Assembly: GCA_049279335.1 (NCBI GenBank)
Contig: JBAPNX010000047.1
Coordinates: 129,982-193,981, forward strand
DNA length: 64,000 bases
Source: Candidatus Dormiibacterota bacterium
GTDB lineage: Bacteria > Chloroflexota > Dormibacteria > Aeolococcales > Bog-877
Reading direction: 5' to 3'
Shown here piece by piece: positions 27,180 through 36,447 of this stretch. How positions within the stretch are numbered: the stretch's first letter is position 1; the number at the start of each line of letters is the position of its first letter. Below the pieces are notes generated by a model. That model saw only the letters and a program-made list of their open reading frames with translations, searched no databases and was not told where the DNA came from. Both the position numbers and the translations under genes were made by a program.

Positions 27180-28346
27180 ATGCGGGTGATCCTCTACACC
27201 GGCAAGGGCGGTGTGGGCAAGACCACAGTCGCCGCCGCCACCGCCGTTAAGTGTGCCGAGATGGGCCTGAGGACGCTGGTGGTGTCGACCGACGCCGCCC
27301 ACAGCCTGGGCGACTCACTGGACCGCGAACTGGCGCCTGAGCCGCTCGAAGTTTCCACCAATCTCTTTGCCCAAGAAGTCAATGCACTTCACGAAATGGA
27401 AGGCCATTGGGACCGCATCCACGGCTACCTGGCGGTTCTGTTCAACAGTCAGGGAGTCGACGAGATCATCGCCGAGGAGCTGGCGACTCCGCCGGGGATG
27501 GAGGAGATCGCGAGTCTGATGTGGATCCGCCGCCATGCTCGGCTAGAGCAGTACGACGTGCTAATCGTGGACTGCGCCCCCACCGGTGAAACCCTGCAAT
27601 TGCTGGCTTTTCCGGATGTGGCGCGCTGGTACCTGGACCGCATCTTCCCCCTCGAGCGCAGGGTCATGAAAGTGGCTCGACCAGTGATCCAGCCTTTCAT
27701 CAACATTCCCTTACCACCGGACCAAATCTACGGATCGATCAAAGAGCTCCTGTCCGAGCTGGAGTCCATGAAAGAGGTGCTGAGCGATTCCCGAACCTGC
27801 ACGGTGAGGTTGGTGCTGAATCTGGAAAAGATGGTGATCAAGGAGGCGGAGCGCGCCTACACCTACCTCAATCTCTACGACTATCAGGTGGATGCGGTTT
27901 TGGTAAATCGCGTCCTTCCCGAGGCGGTCAGCGAGGGCTATTTCGCTGACTGGCGGCGGTCGCAGCAGCGCTACGCGGAGCAGGTAGAGGCGGCATTTGC
28001 TCCGGTCCCAATCCTCAACAGCCCGCTCTTCGATCATGAGGTGCTGGGACTTTCTAACCTTCGAGAATTGGCGGATTCGCTCTTCGGCGACATCGATCCA
28101 AGTGCCATCCTCTATGACACCAAGCCGCAGTCCCTGCGGCGCGAGGGCGAGGGTTACGTCCTGTCTCTGGAGCTCCCTTTTGCGACCAAGGACCAGATCG
28201 AGCTAACGCAACGAGACGATGACCTCTACGTCAGTGTCGGCCCCTACAAGCGGGAGATCAGTCTGCCCAGGGTTCTGCACGGCAAGGTGACCACCTCGGC
28301 GCAGCTGGAGAGTGGACGCCTGGCGATTCATTTTGGGAGGGCGTGA
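27180..28346 (+). CDS. ArsA/GET3-family ATPase with C-terminal HSP20/alpha-crystallin-like domain
   Basis: Deviant Walker A 'GKGGVGKTTVAAATA', the 'VVSTDAAHSL' switch motif, and a C-terminal about 90-aa beta-sandwich region ('YVLSLELPFATKDQIEL...LYVSVG'). Confidence 0.8.
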   Translation: MRVILYTGKGGVGKTTVAAATAVKCAEMGLRTLVVSTDAAHSLGDSLDRELAPEPLEVSTNLFAQEVNALHEMEGHWDRIHGYLAVLFNSQGVDEIIAEELATPPGMEEIASLMWIRRHARLEQYDVLIVDCAPTGETLQLLAFPDVARWYLDRIFPLERRVMKVARPVIQPFINIPLPPDQIYGSIKELLSELESMKEVLSDSRTCTVRLVLNLEKMVIKEAERAYTYLNLYDYQVDAVLVNRVLPEAVSEGYFADWRRSQQRYAEQVEAAFAPVPILNSPLFDHEVLGLSNLRELADSLFGDIDPSAILYDTKPQSLRREGEGYVLSLELPFATKDQIELTQRDDDLYVSVGPYKREISLPRVLHGKVTTSAQLESGRLAIHFGRA

Positions 28347-28579
28347 TGGAGCGAGAGGACGCCGCCCGCGTGGCCGAATGGGCGGCACGGCTGGTTGGCG
28401 AAGCTGCGGTCCGGGCCGCGCGCGACCTAGAGGATCTGGTGCCGAAGGAATCGCGCGCCCACCTGCTCAAGGCGCAACGGGAGCTGTTTCTGGCGGCGAA
28501 CGCCGCGATCCAGCACCGGCGCAATCCCAGGGGGGCCAAGGGCCCACGGCGGCAGGCACGCAAGATCCCCCTGGACTGA
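28343..28579 (+). CDS. Small hypothetical helical protein (78 aa), translationally coupled to the ArsA-like gene (ATGA overlap)
   Basis: Start overlaps the ArsA stop. Ala/Arg/Glu-rich predicted helices. No recognisable domain. Confidence 0.45.
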   Translation: MMEREDAARVAEWAARLVGEAAVRAARDLEDLVPKESRAHLLKAQRELFLAANAAIQHRRNPRGAKGPRRQARKIPLD

Positions 28580-28585
28580 TAGCCC

Positions 28586-29374
28586 TTGCTGGGGACCGGC
28601 GTCGAGTTCTACCTCGTCCTCCTCCTGTTCGCCGTCCCCGGGATCGTCATCGGTTTCACCGTCCACGAACTCTGCCACGCCTTGGTGGCAACTTCCTACG
28701 GCGACCCAACACCGCGTCGACAGGGTCGGCTCACGCTCAACCCCGCCAACCAGATCGATCCCCTGGGCTTGGCCATGCTGGTCCTGATTGGAATCGGCTT
28801 CGCCAGGCCCGTCCAGTACGACCCGCTCTATGTCCGCCGCGGCCGCCAGAGGGCCTGGCTCTCCTTCGCCGGTCCCCTCAGCAACCTGGTGATCGCGGCC
28901 CTGCTGGGGATCCTGTTGAGGGTGCTGATCGCGGCCGACCCGGCGGTGCAGCAATGCCTGCTGCCCAGCTTCAACCTCAGCCTCGCGGGTTACATCTACT
29001 GGATCCTGGTCGAGGCGTTCTTCGTCAACGTCATCCTCTTCGTGTTCAATCTGGTCCCGATCCCGCCCCTCGACGGCTATGGCGTGGCCGAGGGACTGTT
29101 CCGAAGCCACGCCCCCCTGCTCTTCCAGTGGATCGACCGGAACAGAACCGGGATCCTGATCGCAGCCTTGGTGATCTTTCTCATCCTGCCTAACTTCTTC
29201 TACTCGGGATTCTCGATCTCGGGGCCGATATTCGCGGCCTCCGACTGGCTCTGGCGCGAGGTGGTGAACGGCTCGCCACCGTCAGCGCTATTCCCAAACT
29301 TGGAGTACATCCTCACCCCGCCCTCTAACAGCCTGGTCAACGTATTGGCCAACCCTTGCAGCCCCTACTACTAG
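28586..29374 (+). CDS. Site-2 protease (peptidase M50) family membrane metalloprotease
   Basis: 'HELCHAL' HExxH in TM helix 1, 'NLVPIPPLDG' (LDG motif). Six TM helices. Confidence 0.7.
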   Translation: MLGTGVEFYLVLLLFAVPGIVIGFTVHELCHALVATSYGDPTPRRQGRLTLNPANQIDPLGLAMLVLIGIGFARPVQYDPLYVRRGRQRAWLSFAGPLSNLVIAALLGILLRVLIAADPAVQQCLLPSFNLSLAGYIYWILVEAFFVNVILFVFNLVPIPPLDGYGVAEGLFRSHAPLLFQWIDRNRTGILIAALVIFLILPNFFYSGFSISGPIFAASDWLWREVVNGSPPSALFPNLEYILTPPSNSLVNVLANPCSPYY

Positions 29375-29874
29375 CTGAGGCGCCGGTGAGCGGCGCCCAG
29401 GCCGTCATCGTCGACGCGCAGGGTCGGGTCCTGCTCCAGCTGCGGCTCTGGCCCGCCGGTTGGGAGCCGCCTGGAGGTCATGTCGGAGGATTGGAGGACC
29501 CCGTCGAAACGGTGACCAGGGAGACCCTCGAGGAGACCGGGCTCGAGATCGAGGTCGAGCGCCTGACGGGCTATTACCGCTTCACCGGGCTCCGCCGCTC
29601 GACCGACGCCGTCTTTCGCGCCCACCCGGTCGGGGGGCGGCTCAGGCGCAGTCGGGAGGCGTGGCGGCTGGAGTGGGTGGCGCCCGATCATCTCCCGGGA
29701 TCGCTGTTCCCGTGGTACCGCGATCGCATTACCGACGCGCTCGGGCCGATTGCCGCTGCCCCACCAGTGCGGATCCAGCACGTGGGATTAGGGACCGTCG
29801 GTCGTCACGGGGTAGCCTTGCTGGTCGACATCGGGAGCTCGTTCCCGCACCCAAGGGCGCGTGCCCGCGGCTGA
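29356..29874 (+). CDS. NUDIX hydrolase
   Basis: Nudix box 'GGHVGGLEDPVETVTRETLEETGL' (GX5EX7REUXEEXGU). Confidence 0.7.
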   Translation: MQPLLLAEAPVSGAQAVIVDAQGRVLLQLRLWPAGWEPPGGHVGGLEDPVETVTRETLEETGLEIEVERLTGYYRFTGLRRSTDAVFRAHPVGGRLRRSREAWRLEWVAPDHLPGSLFPWYRDRITDALGPIAAAPPVRIQHVGLGTVGRHGVALLVDIGSSFPHPRARARG

Positions 29875-29877
29875 CCC

Positions 29878-30870
29878 ATGCAAATAGGGCTCGCCTTCGC
29901 CGGTGGCCTGGTGCTGATGTTGATCGCGGCAACCCTGTTCACCAACGCGGTGGAGTGGGCCGCTCGCTCCCTGGGCATGGGCCACGGAATGACGGGAAGC
30001 GTCATGGCTGCGGTGGGCACCGCCATGCCGGAAACGGTCGTCCCCATCGTCGCCCTCATCTCGGGTGGAAGGGAGGCCTCCCAGACCGCCACCGGGGCCA
30101 TCCTGGGCGCACCCTTGATGCTCGCCAGCGTCGGCCTGGGAATGGTTGGCGTGGTTGGCCTGCTCTGCGGCAGGTCGTACCTGCGCGTGAACTCGGCAGA
30201 CTCTCGGCGGGTGCTCCTGGCCTTCTCGGTCAGTTTCGTTTTCCTGATCGGGGGAGCCCTGGTCGGCAGGCCACTGCGCTACCTGGATGCCGCTCTGCTG
30301 GCCCTGTTCTACATCGCCTTCGTTCGCCGTACGCTGAGAGCCGACGTCGCCCTGGAGGGGGACTACGAGCCCCTGGTGTTCTCCCGGCTGGTCCGGGGCT
30401 GGGATCCGGACGGACCCAATCGGCTCGCCCTGCCGGCGGTCCAGACCGTGGTTGGCCTGGCAGGGCTGGCGCTGGCAAGTGAGGTGTTCCTCTATGGGCT
30501 GCACCGCGTGGCCAGCCTCGCCCATCTTTCCCCCCTGGTGCTGGCTCTGCTGCTGGTGCCAATCGCTACCGAGCTGCCCGAGGTGACCGCCGGCGCTCTC
30601 TGGATCAGGCGCGGCCGAGACAACCTGGCCCTTGGCAACGTGACCGGGGCCATGGTCTTCCAGACCACCTTTCCCGCCATCGTCGGTCTCTGCTTCACTC
30701 CCTGGCGACTATCTCAGGCGGGTTTCCTGGCCGCCGGCATCACCGCCGCAGGGGTGGTGTGCGTTCTTCTAGCCGCCGGGCGCAAGGGGGTGAGCACCAG
30801 GGTGCTGGCCCCGTTGGGCATGGGCCTCTACGTGGCCTATGCCCTGGCGGTGCTGGTAGTGAGGATTTAG
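29878..30870 (+). CDS. Ca2+/cation antiporter (CaCA, YrbG-like) family membrane protein
   Basis: Two alpha-repeat regions ('GAILGAPLMLASVGLG' and 'GNVTGAMVFQTT'). Ten TM helices. Confidence 0.7.
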   Translation: MQIGLAFAGGLVLMLIAATLFTNAVEWAARSLGMGHGMTGSVMAAVGTAMPETVVPIVALISGGREASQTATGAILGAPLMLASVGLGMVGVVGLLCGRSYLRVNSADSRRVLLAFSVSFVFLIGGALVGRPLRYLDAALLALFYIAFVRRTLRADVALEGDYEPLVFSRLVRGWDPDGPNRLALPAVQTVVGLAGLALASEVFLYGLHRVASLAHLSPLVLALLLVPIATELPEVTAGALWIRRGRDNLALGNVTGAMVFQTTFPAIVGLCFTPWRLSQAGFLAAGITAAGVVCVLLAAGRKGVSTRVLAPLGMGLYVAYALAVLVVRI

Positions 30871-30896
30871 CCCTGGCCTCGCCTTCGAGCCTGCCG

Positions 30897-31637
30897 GTGT
30901 CGGCTCGCCTGGGTCGAGTTAGACCCGGACGTTGGGCGAATCTCGCTTGGCCGGTGGCGGCCTTGGTCCTGGCGGCCGCCCTGGCGCTGACCGGGTGCAG
31001 CCAGCGCCTGCCCAGCGGGGTCGACCTGGTCCACCGGGTGGCGGCGGCGATGGCCAAGATCCCGGCCTACCGGATCACTGGAACCAGCCGCGCTGGGCGA
31101 ACGGTCACCAGCTTCCGAGTGCTCGTTCAGCGCGATGGAGACTTCAAGGGCACGCTGGATATCGCGGCGCCGGGCTCCAAGACCTTTCGCAGCGACGTCA
31201 TCGCCACCGCCGGCAAGGTCTACGTCCGCTCAGCCACCGAGCTGGCGGAGCTAGGGATCAGCTCCCTGCCCGGCAACCTCGACCCGGCCACCACCTGGGT
31301 GCTCCAGCCCGCGGCGGTGGGGCGGAGCTACCGCCAGAGCGTGGAGCCGTTCGCAGGCTCGGGGCTGGCCGCCACCTTGACCACCGCGCTCAAGGGAACT
31401 CTGACCGTACGGCGCTCCCGACTCGATGGGGTTCAGGTGCTGGTGGTGGAGGAGACCGGCGGAAGCTCATCATTACGGCTGTTCGTAGAAGCCAACACCG
31501 ATCACCTTCTGGAGTTGGCCATCACCGGAGATCAGCCCATCTCGCTCCGCTACAGCGCTTTCGGCCCCTCCCAACCTGTGGCTCCCCCGCCCTCCCCGCA
31601 GGTTTACGTGCCGCCCACCCCGGCGGCGCCGGGCTAG
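30897..31637 (+). CDS. Putative lipoprotein (lipobox LALTGC), function unknown
   Basis: Signal peptide with 'AALVLAAALALTGCSQ'. The mature part is beta-rich with a Pro-rich tail. The start is set at a GTG after the antiporter stop. Confidence 0.55.
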   Translation: MSARLGRVRPGRWANLAWPVAALVLAAALALTGCSQRLPSGVDLVHRVAAAMAKIPAYRITGTSRAGRTVTSFRVLVQRDGDFKGTLDIAAPGSKTFRSDVIATAGKVYVRSATELAELGISSLPGNLDPATTWVLQPAAVGRSYRQSVEPFAGSGLAATLTTALKGTLTVRRSRLDGVQVLVVEETGGSSSLRLFVEANTDHLLELAITGDQPISLRYSAFGPSQPVAPPPSPQVYVPPTPAAPG

Positions 31638-31639
31638 CC

Positions 31640-32512
31640 ATGGTTCAGATCGGGGCGCACGTGTCAGTAGAGGGCGGGCTCTCGACCGCCTTTGACAGGG
31701 CTCTCGAGATCGGGGCCGAGGCGATCCAGATTCATCCAACTCCGCCCCAGACCTGGCGTCGCCTTCACCCTGATGAAGCGACGGTTACCGCGTTCCGGGG
31801 CCGGATGAAGGAAACCGGGCTCGACGCCTTCTTCTTCCACGCCGTCTACCTGATCAACCTCGCCACCGCCAACGAGGCCCTGCTGGCCCAGTCGCGGGGC
31901 TCGCTACGCCATTCGCTGGAGATGGCGAACCTACTCGGGGTGAGGGGCGTGATCTTCCATCCCGGCTCCCACAAGGGCCAGGGATTCGAGGCTGTCCTGC
32001 CCCAGATGGCGGAGACGATGCGATGGGCCCTGGCCGAGAGCGGAGGCGACAGCCTGCTGATCATCGAGAACAGCGCCGGCGCGGGCGCCAATATCGGCAG
32101 CACCTTCGCTCAGATCCGGCAGATGATGGAGGCTGTTGACGACCCTCGCCTTCGATTCTGCCTCGACACCGCCCACGCCTTCACTGCGGGCCACGACCTA
32201 AGGAATGCCGACGGCCTCTCCCGCATGGTGGAGGAGCTGGGCCGGGAGATCGGTTTCGAAAGGCTGGCTGCGATCCATGCCAACGACTCCAAAGCTCCTT
32301 TCGGCTCTAACCTGGACCGACACCAGAACATCGGCGACGGTGAGATCGGAGCGGACGCGTTCGCGCGGATCCTGGCCGAACCCAACTTGATCCGGGCGCC
32401 GATGATCCTGGAGGTCCCCGGCCTTGAGCACCATGGCCCTGACCGGGTCAACGTAGAGCGGATGCGAGCCCTGGCCGGCATGGCACCGCTGCCGGTTACG
32501 CTCAAGATCTGA
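31640..32512 (+). CDS. nfo: Deoxyribonuclease IV (endonuclease IV, AP endonuclease family 2)
   Basis: 'MVQIGAHVS...', Zn-binding His/Asp/Glu residues ('FHPGSH', 'IENSAG', 'CLDTAHAF', 'HANDS'). The long upstream extension of the ORF is Gly/Arg-rich and was rejected. Confidence 0.9.
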   Translation: MVQIGAHVSVEGGLSTAFDRALEIGAEAIQIHPTPPQTWRRLHPDEATVTAFRGRMKETGLDAFFFHAVYLINLATANEALLAQSRGSLRHSLEMANLLGVRGVIFHPGSHKGQGFEAVLPQMAETMRWALAESGGDSLLIIENSAGAGANIGSTFAQIRQMMEAVDDPRLRFCLDTAHAFTAGHDLRNADGLSRMVEELGREIGFERLAAIHANDSKAPFGSNLDRHQNIGDGEIGADAFARILAEPNLIRAPMILEVPGLEHHGPDRVNVERMRALAGMAPLPVTLKI

Positions 32513-32515
32513 GCC

Positions 32516-33478
32516 ATGTTCTCGCCCGCTGCGCGCCGACAGGGGTTCGTGGCCGGGGTCGACCTGGGCGGTACCTGGCTGCGAGTAGGTCTGGCCGGAC
32601 CTGATGGCGAGGTCCGCCACCGGGGACGAGCCCGAACCGCCGCCGAGAAGGGGCCGGCTGGAGTCCTGGCCCAGATTGGTGACTTGGTTCGACAGGCGGT
32701 GGCCACCGAGCCCGAGGCTGAGCTCACCCGTCTGATCCTGGCGATCGGAGTGCCCGGGCCGGTGGACAGCGGCTCCGGGGTGGTCGAGGGGGCGCCCAAC
32801 CTGCCAGGCTGGCGTCGGGTCCCGGTCCGGGAACAGCTCGAAGAGTTGCTCGGGTGTCGATGCCTGGTCGAGCACGACGCCAACCTGGCGGCCCTGGCCG
32901 AACATCGGCGCGGCGCCGGCCGAGGCACTCGCGACTTCATCTATGTGACCGTGAGCACCGGCATCGGCGCAGGTCTGATCTTCGGAGGCCAGCTCTATCG
33001 CGGCTACCAGGGCAGTGCCGGGGAGTTCGGCCACCTGGTGATCTCCCCAGACGGCCCCCTTTGTAACTGCGGCAACCACGGCTGCGTGGAGGCCTTTGCC
33101 TCGGGGACGGCGATCGCCCGGGAGGCGGGGGTGGCCAGCGCCGCCGAGGTGGGGCGGCTTGCGGCCGCGGGAGACCAGGCAGCGCAGCGGATCCTCGCGA
33201 GGGCGGCTCGTCATCTCGGTCTGGCGGTGGGAGGGTTGATCAACCTGCTCAACCCGGAGGTGATCGCCCTGGGTGGGGGGGTCATCGCGTCCTCGCCGAA
33301 GTTCTGGACGGACGTGCTCGCCGCCGTTCCCGAAGGGTCGTTTCCCTCCCTACGCAATACCTGCCGGATCAAGCCGGCCGAGCTGGGGGAGGACCAGGGA
33401 CTACTGGGAGCAGTTGAGCTCGCCTTGGACTTCGCTCACTCACTTCCACGCCGGGCCGCCAAGGTGGTGGCCCAATAG
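32516..33478 (+). CDS. ROK family protein (sugar kinase / regulator)
   Basis: 'GVDLGGTWLRVGL' ATP-binding motif and the ROK zinc motif 'CNCGNHGCVEAF'. Confidence 0.8.
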   Translation: MFSPAARRQGFVAGVDLGGTWLRVGLAGPDGEVRHRGRARTAAEKGPAGVLAQIGDLVRQAVATEPEAELTRLILAIGVPGPVDSGSGVVEGAPNLPGWRRVPVREQLEELLGCRCLVEHDANLAALAEHRRGAGRGTRDFIYVTVSTGIGAGLIFGGQLYRGYQGSAGEFGHLVISPDGPLCNCGNHGCVEAFASGTAIAREAGVASAAEVGRLAAAGDQAAQRILARAARHLGLAVGGLINLLNPEVIALGGGVIASSPKFWTDVLAAVPEGSFPSLRNTCRIKPAELGEDQGLLGAVELALDFAHSLPRRAAKVVAQ

Positions 33479-33570
33479 GTTGGCGCTGGCGGGGGGCGCG
33501 GTCCTCGTCAGATGGCCGAAGCTCCAGGTGCAAGTGCTGGCGTCCGGGCTCCGGGTCCACCTGAGCCGAT

Positions 33571-34581
33571 TCAGCGCCGACCGTGAGAGTGGTGGTGACG
33601 GCGCGGCTCACCTGCCTCGTGTTCGGGTTCAATTCCGAGTGTGGCGATCAGCTGCTTCTCCTCGGTGCCCCGGACCAGCTCGAGGCTGACCTGATCGCCG
33701 GGTTTGGAGTCGGCCAGAAACCGGTGCAGGTCCTCGACCCGAGCCAGCGGCACTCCTTTGGCCGAGGTCAGGAGATCACCCCTCAGCACCCCTGCCTGGG
33801 CGGCCGGGCCCTCCTCGTCGAGATGCTGGACAAGGAGGCCGGTCCTTTCCGGAAGTCCCACCGCCGAGCGCAGCCGTCGGGCAACCTCACCCGGCAGCAG
33901 GCCCAGCCCCAGGTAGGGACGGGCAACCACCTCACCGCGGGCCAGGGCTTCGAGCCTGGTTCTAAGCCCAGCATCGGCGGTGAGTGCCGCGTAGAGGCCC
34001 TCACCGAGCCGCTTGGTGTTGATCCCCAGCAGCTCACCGGCGAGGGTAAGTACCGGTCCGCCCGACGAACCGCGGGGCAGGGGCGCCGTGTGTTCGAAAC
34101 CACCTGCGATCGGGCGTCCGCCGGGGCCTCTGAAGGAACGGGCCTCACCGGAGACCACTCCGAAGCTCAGCCGCGGACCTCGCCCCCCTGGGTTTGCGGC
34201 GGCGAAGACGGGAGTTCCCAGCCGTGGTCCGCTCGCCGCCCACTTGGCGATCCCGGCCCCTGCCGTGGCCACCGTGATCACGGCCAGATCTCCAGCCGCA
34301 TCCGCCGTTACCGCCGTAGCGTCTCTCTCCGTGCCGTCGGCGAAGTGGATACGAGGGCTCTCAGAGCGGACGTTGTGAGCGCTGGTTACGACCAAGTCCT
34401 CGCCGAACACGATTCCACTTCCTGACGGCCACCGATCGCCGACTCCGACCACGGCGGGAAGTGCCTGCTCCCGAACCGCCGCCGCCGCCTTCTCCAACTC
34501 CTCTGCAAAGCCCACGGCCAGCCACCTCGTCCATTTTGATTGCCTCTTGCAAGTAGCAACTATATACCTCAGGCCAGGCAT
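33571..34581 (-). CDS. Trypsin-like serine protease with C-terminal PDZ domain (HtrA/DegP, S1C family)
   Basis: Catalytic 'TSAHNV' (His), 'D', 'GSSGGPVL' (Ser), followed by a PDZ-like segment ('GLGLLPGEVARRL'). Confidence 0.75.
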   Translation of the reverse strand: MPGLRYIVATCKRQSKWTRWLAVGFAEELEKAAAAVREQALPAVVGVGDRWPSGSGIVFGEDLVVTSAHNVRSESPRIHFADGTERDATAVTADAAGDLAVITVATAGAGIAKWAASGPRLGTPVFAAANPGGRGPRLSFGVVSGEARSFRGPGGRPIAGGFEHTAPLPRGSSGGPVLTLAGELLGINTKRLGEGLYAALTADAGLRTRLEALARGEVVARPYLGLGLLPGEVARRLRSAVGLPERTGLLVQHLDEEGPAAQAGVLRGDLLTSAKGVPLARVEDLHRFLADSKPGDQVSLELVRGTEEKQLIATLGIEPEHEAGEPRRHHHSHGRR

Positions 34582-34677
34582 GTAGTGTGGACCGAGCCGG
34601 TTCGCTCAGTGTCCCGTTCAAGTAACGATCCACTGGGGCGTCGTGGGCCACAGCGTTGGCCGACTTATCGTTCCGGC

Positions 34678-35889
34678 ATGAGATCCGCCGGTGGAGCGGA
34701 CCAAAGCCCAAGATTTCGCCTGGGCCGGGGCTCCCTTGTCCTGCTTGTGGCCGCGGGCCTCAGCTTGGGTATGGCCGGCTACGCCATCCGCCACATCGGG
34801 CCCGGGGTCGACTTCTTGGTGTTCTACCGGGCGGCCCGGGCGATGGCGCAGGGCAGCAGCCCCTACACCATTCCCGGGTACGTCAGCCTTCCCGGTCTGG
34901 CGGTGCTGCTGGAGCCCGTGACACGACTTCCCTTCCGGATTGCGGAACTGATCTTCCTTCTGGTCACGGCCGCTCTGGCCGTGGCCAGCGTGGTTATTTT
35001 TGGCCGACAGCTTGGCTGGCAGCGACCCCAGCTGCTGGCCGCCGGAGTCCTGATCTCCTGGATCGGCTTGTCCGGGCTCATCCAGGGTCAGGTGGACGCG
35101 GTGCTGCTTGCGGCGCTCCTGGGAGGCACGGTGCTCGCCTTGAGAGGCCGGTTCCTCGTCGCCGGCCTGCTGCTGGGACTGTTCTGGCTCAAGCCCGACG
35201 TGATGTGGCCGGCGCCGCTCTTCGCGGGCGCCGCAGTCTGGCCCAACCGATCCGCATTGATTCGCTACGCCCTCGGTGTGGCTCTGACCTCCGCTTTGTT
35301 CCTAGGAGGCGGCGCGGGGCTGGTGCCGGCCTGGGTCAACTCCCTGGTCCATATCGGAGTCGGGGCAGGCGGCCAGTCCAATCTCGCTGGCCTGCCGGTT
35401 CTGTTAAGCGCTCTGCCCCCAAGCTGGGGCCTCGGCCTGGGATTTGGGTCGCCGGTCACATGGACCCTCCTGATCATCTCGCTGGCTGGCCTCGGCTGGC
35501 TCGCCCTCCAGGTGGCCGTCTCCCCAAGGTGGCGGCAGCTGGGCTGGGAGCGTCGCCTAGTCTGGGCGGTCGGGCTCTCGATGGGCCTTTGGCTGCTGGT
35601 TGCGCCCTACGCACACTCCTACGACGACCTGCTGCTGCTGCCGCTGCTGACGCTGGTGATCGGTCGCGACGCCGCGGCCGTAGGTCGTCTCGGGCCAGGG
35701 CTCTCGGTTGTGCTTCTGGTCACGATCCCGATGGCGTGGCTCTGGGTCGAGGTCAACCTCACGTCGCTGGCCGTGGCGACGCTCTTGGTCGTCGCCGTCA
35801 TGGGACTGCGCCGCGAGTTTGGCGGAGAGCAGATCGGGCAGACCGAGGAGGCCCTTGCAGGCACTCGTCCCGTAGCAAGCGTGACCTGA
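34678..35889 (+). CDS. GT87 / DUF2029 family integral-membrane glycosyltransferase (mannosyltransferase-like)
   Basis: Ten or more TM helices. The DUF2029 signature region is 'VDFLVFYRAARAMAQGSSPYT'. The start is set at the internal ATG (M47) after the convergent protease gene. Confidence 0.65.
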   Translation: MRSAGGADQSPRFRLGRGSLVLLVAAGLSLGMAGYAIRHIGPGVDFLVFYRAARAMAQGSSPYTIPGYVSLPGLAVLLEPVTRLPFRIAELIFLLVTAALAVASVVIFGRQLGWQRPQLLAAGVLISWIGLSGLIQGQVDAVLLAALLGGTVLALRGRFLVAGLLLGLFWLKPDVMWPAPLFAGAAVWPNRSALIRYALGVALTSALFLGGGAGLVPAWVNSLVHIGVGAGGQSNLAGLPVLLSALPPSWGLGLGFGSPVTWTLLIISLAGLGWLALQVAVSPRWRQLGWERRLVWAVGLSMGLWLLVAPYAHSYDDLLLLPLLTLVIGRDAAAVGRLGPGLSVVLLVTIPMAWLWVEVNLTSLAVATLLVVAVMGLRREFGGEQIGQTEEALAGTRPVASVT

Positions 35890-35996
35890 GCCCGCGCCAA
35901 CTCGGCGTGCTTGACCGTGGCGATGGGCGCCTGTCCCGGCCCTGAGCGTTGCGCCCGACTCGTACCTAGACCGCCCGGGACCGCGAAGATCTAGTC

Positions 35997-36428
35997 ATGA
36001 GCGAGGCGCCCTCGACCGTGAGACCGGGGCTGGCCACGGCGCTGGACCGGGTCGGCGACCGCTGGGCCCTGCTCTTGGTGGAGGTCCTGCTGGAAGGGCC
36101 GAGAAGGTACAGCGACCTCAAGCGGGAGCTCCCGACCATAGCCTCCAACGTGCTTATCGAGCGGCTGCGTCGACTGGAGGCCTCTGGCGTGGTCGAGAGC
36201 CAGCACTACTCCACTAGGCCACCTCGGGTCGAGTACCGGTTGACCGTGGCCGGCCGAGGACTGGCGGCGGTGGTCGAGGCCCTCGACCGCTGGGGCGGCT
36301 CCGGCGAGGCGCCCGGGCCCGCCCATCGGCGCTGTGGGACCCCTATGGAGCTGCGTTGGTACTGCCCCACCTGCGAAGAGCTGGTCCTGCCTGGCGAGGC
36401 CGATTCAGACGACGTTGTCTTCGCCTGA
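35997..36428 (+). CDS. HxlR-family winged-helix transcriptional regulator with a C-terminal Cys-containing extension
   Basis: 'DRWALLLVEVLLEGPRRYSDLKRELPTIASNVLIERLRRLEASGVV' is the HxlR HTH. The extra about 40 aa carry H-x2-C...C-x2-C ('HRRCGTPMELRWYCPTCEE'). Confidence 0.75.
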   Translation: MSEAPSTVRPGLATALDRVGDRWALLLVEVLLEGPRRYSDLKRELPTIASNVLIERLRRLEASGVVESQHYSTRPPRVEYRLTVAGRGLAAVVEALDRWGGSGEAPGPAHRRCGTPMELRWYCPTCEELVLPGEADSDDVVFA

Positions 36429-36447
36429 AGCCGCTCCGGGGCTGGAA

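Noticed and set aside
30932-31639. 236-codon Gly/Arg-rich extension upstream of nfo
   Set aside because: It is fully overlapped by the lipoprotein gene in another frame and is of low complexity. nfo homology starts at the ATG at 31640.
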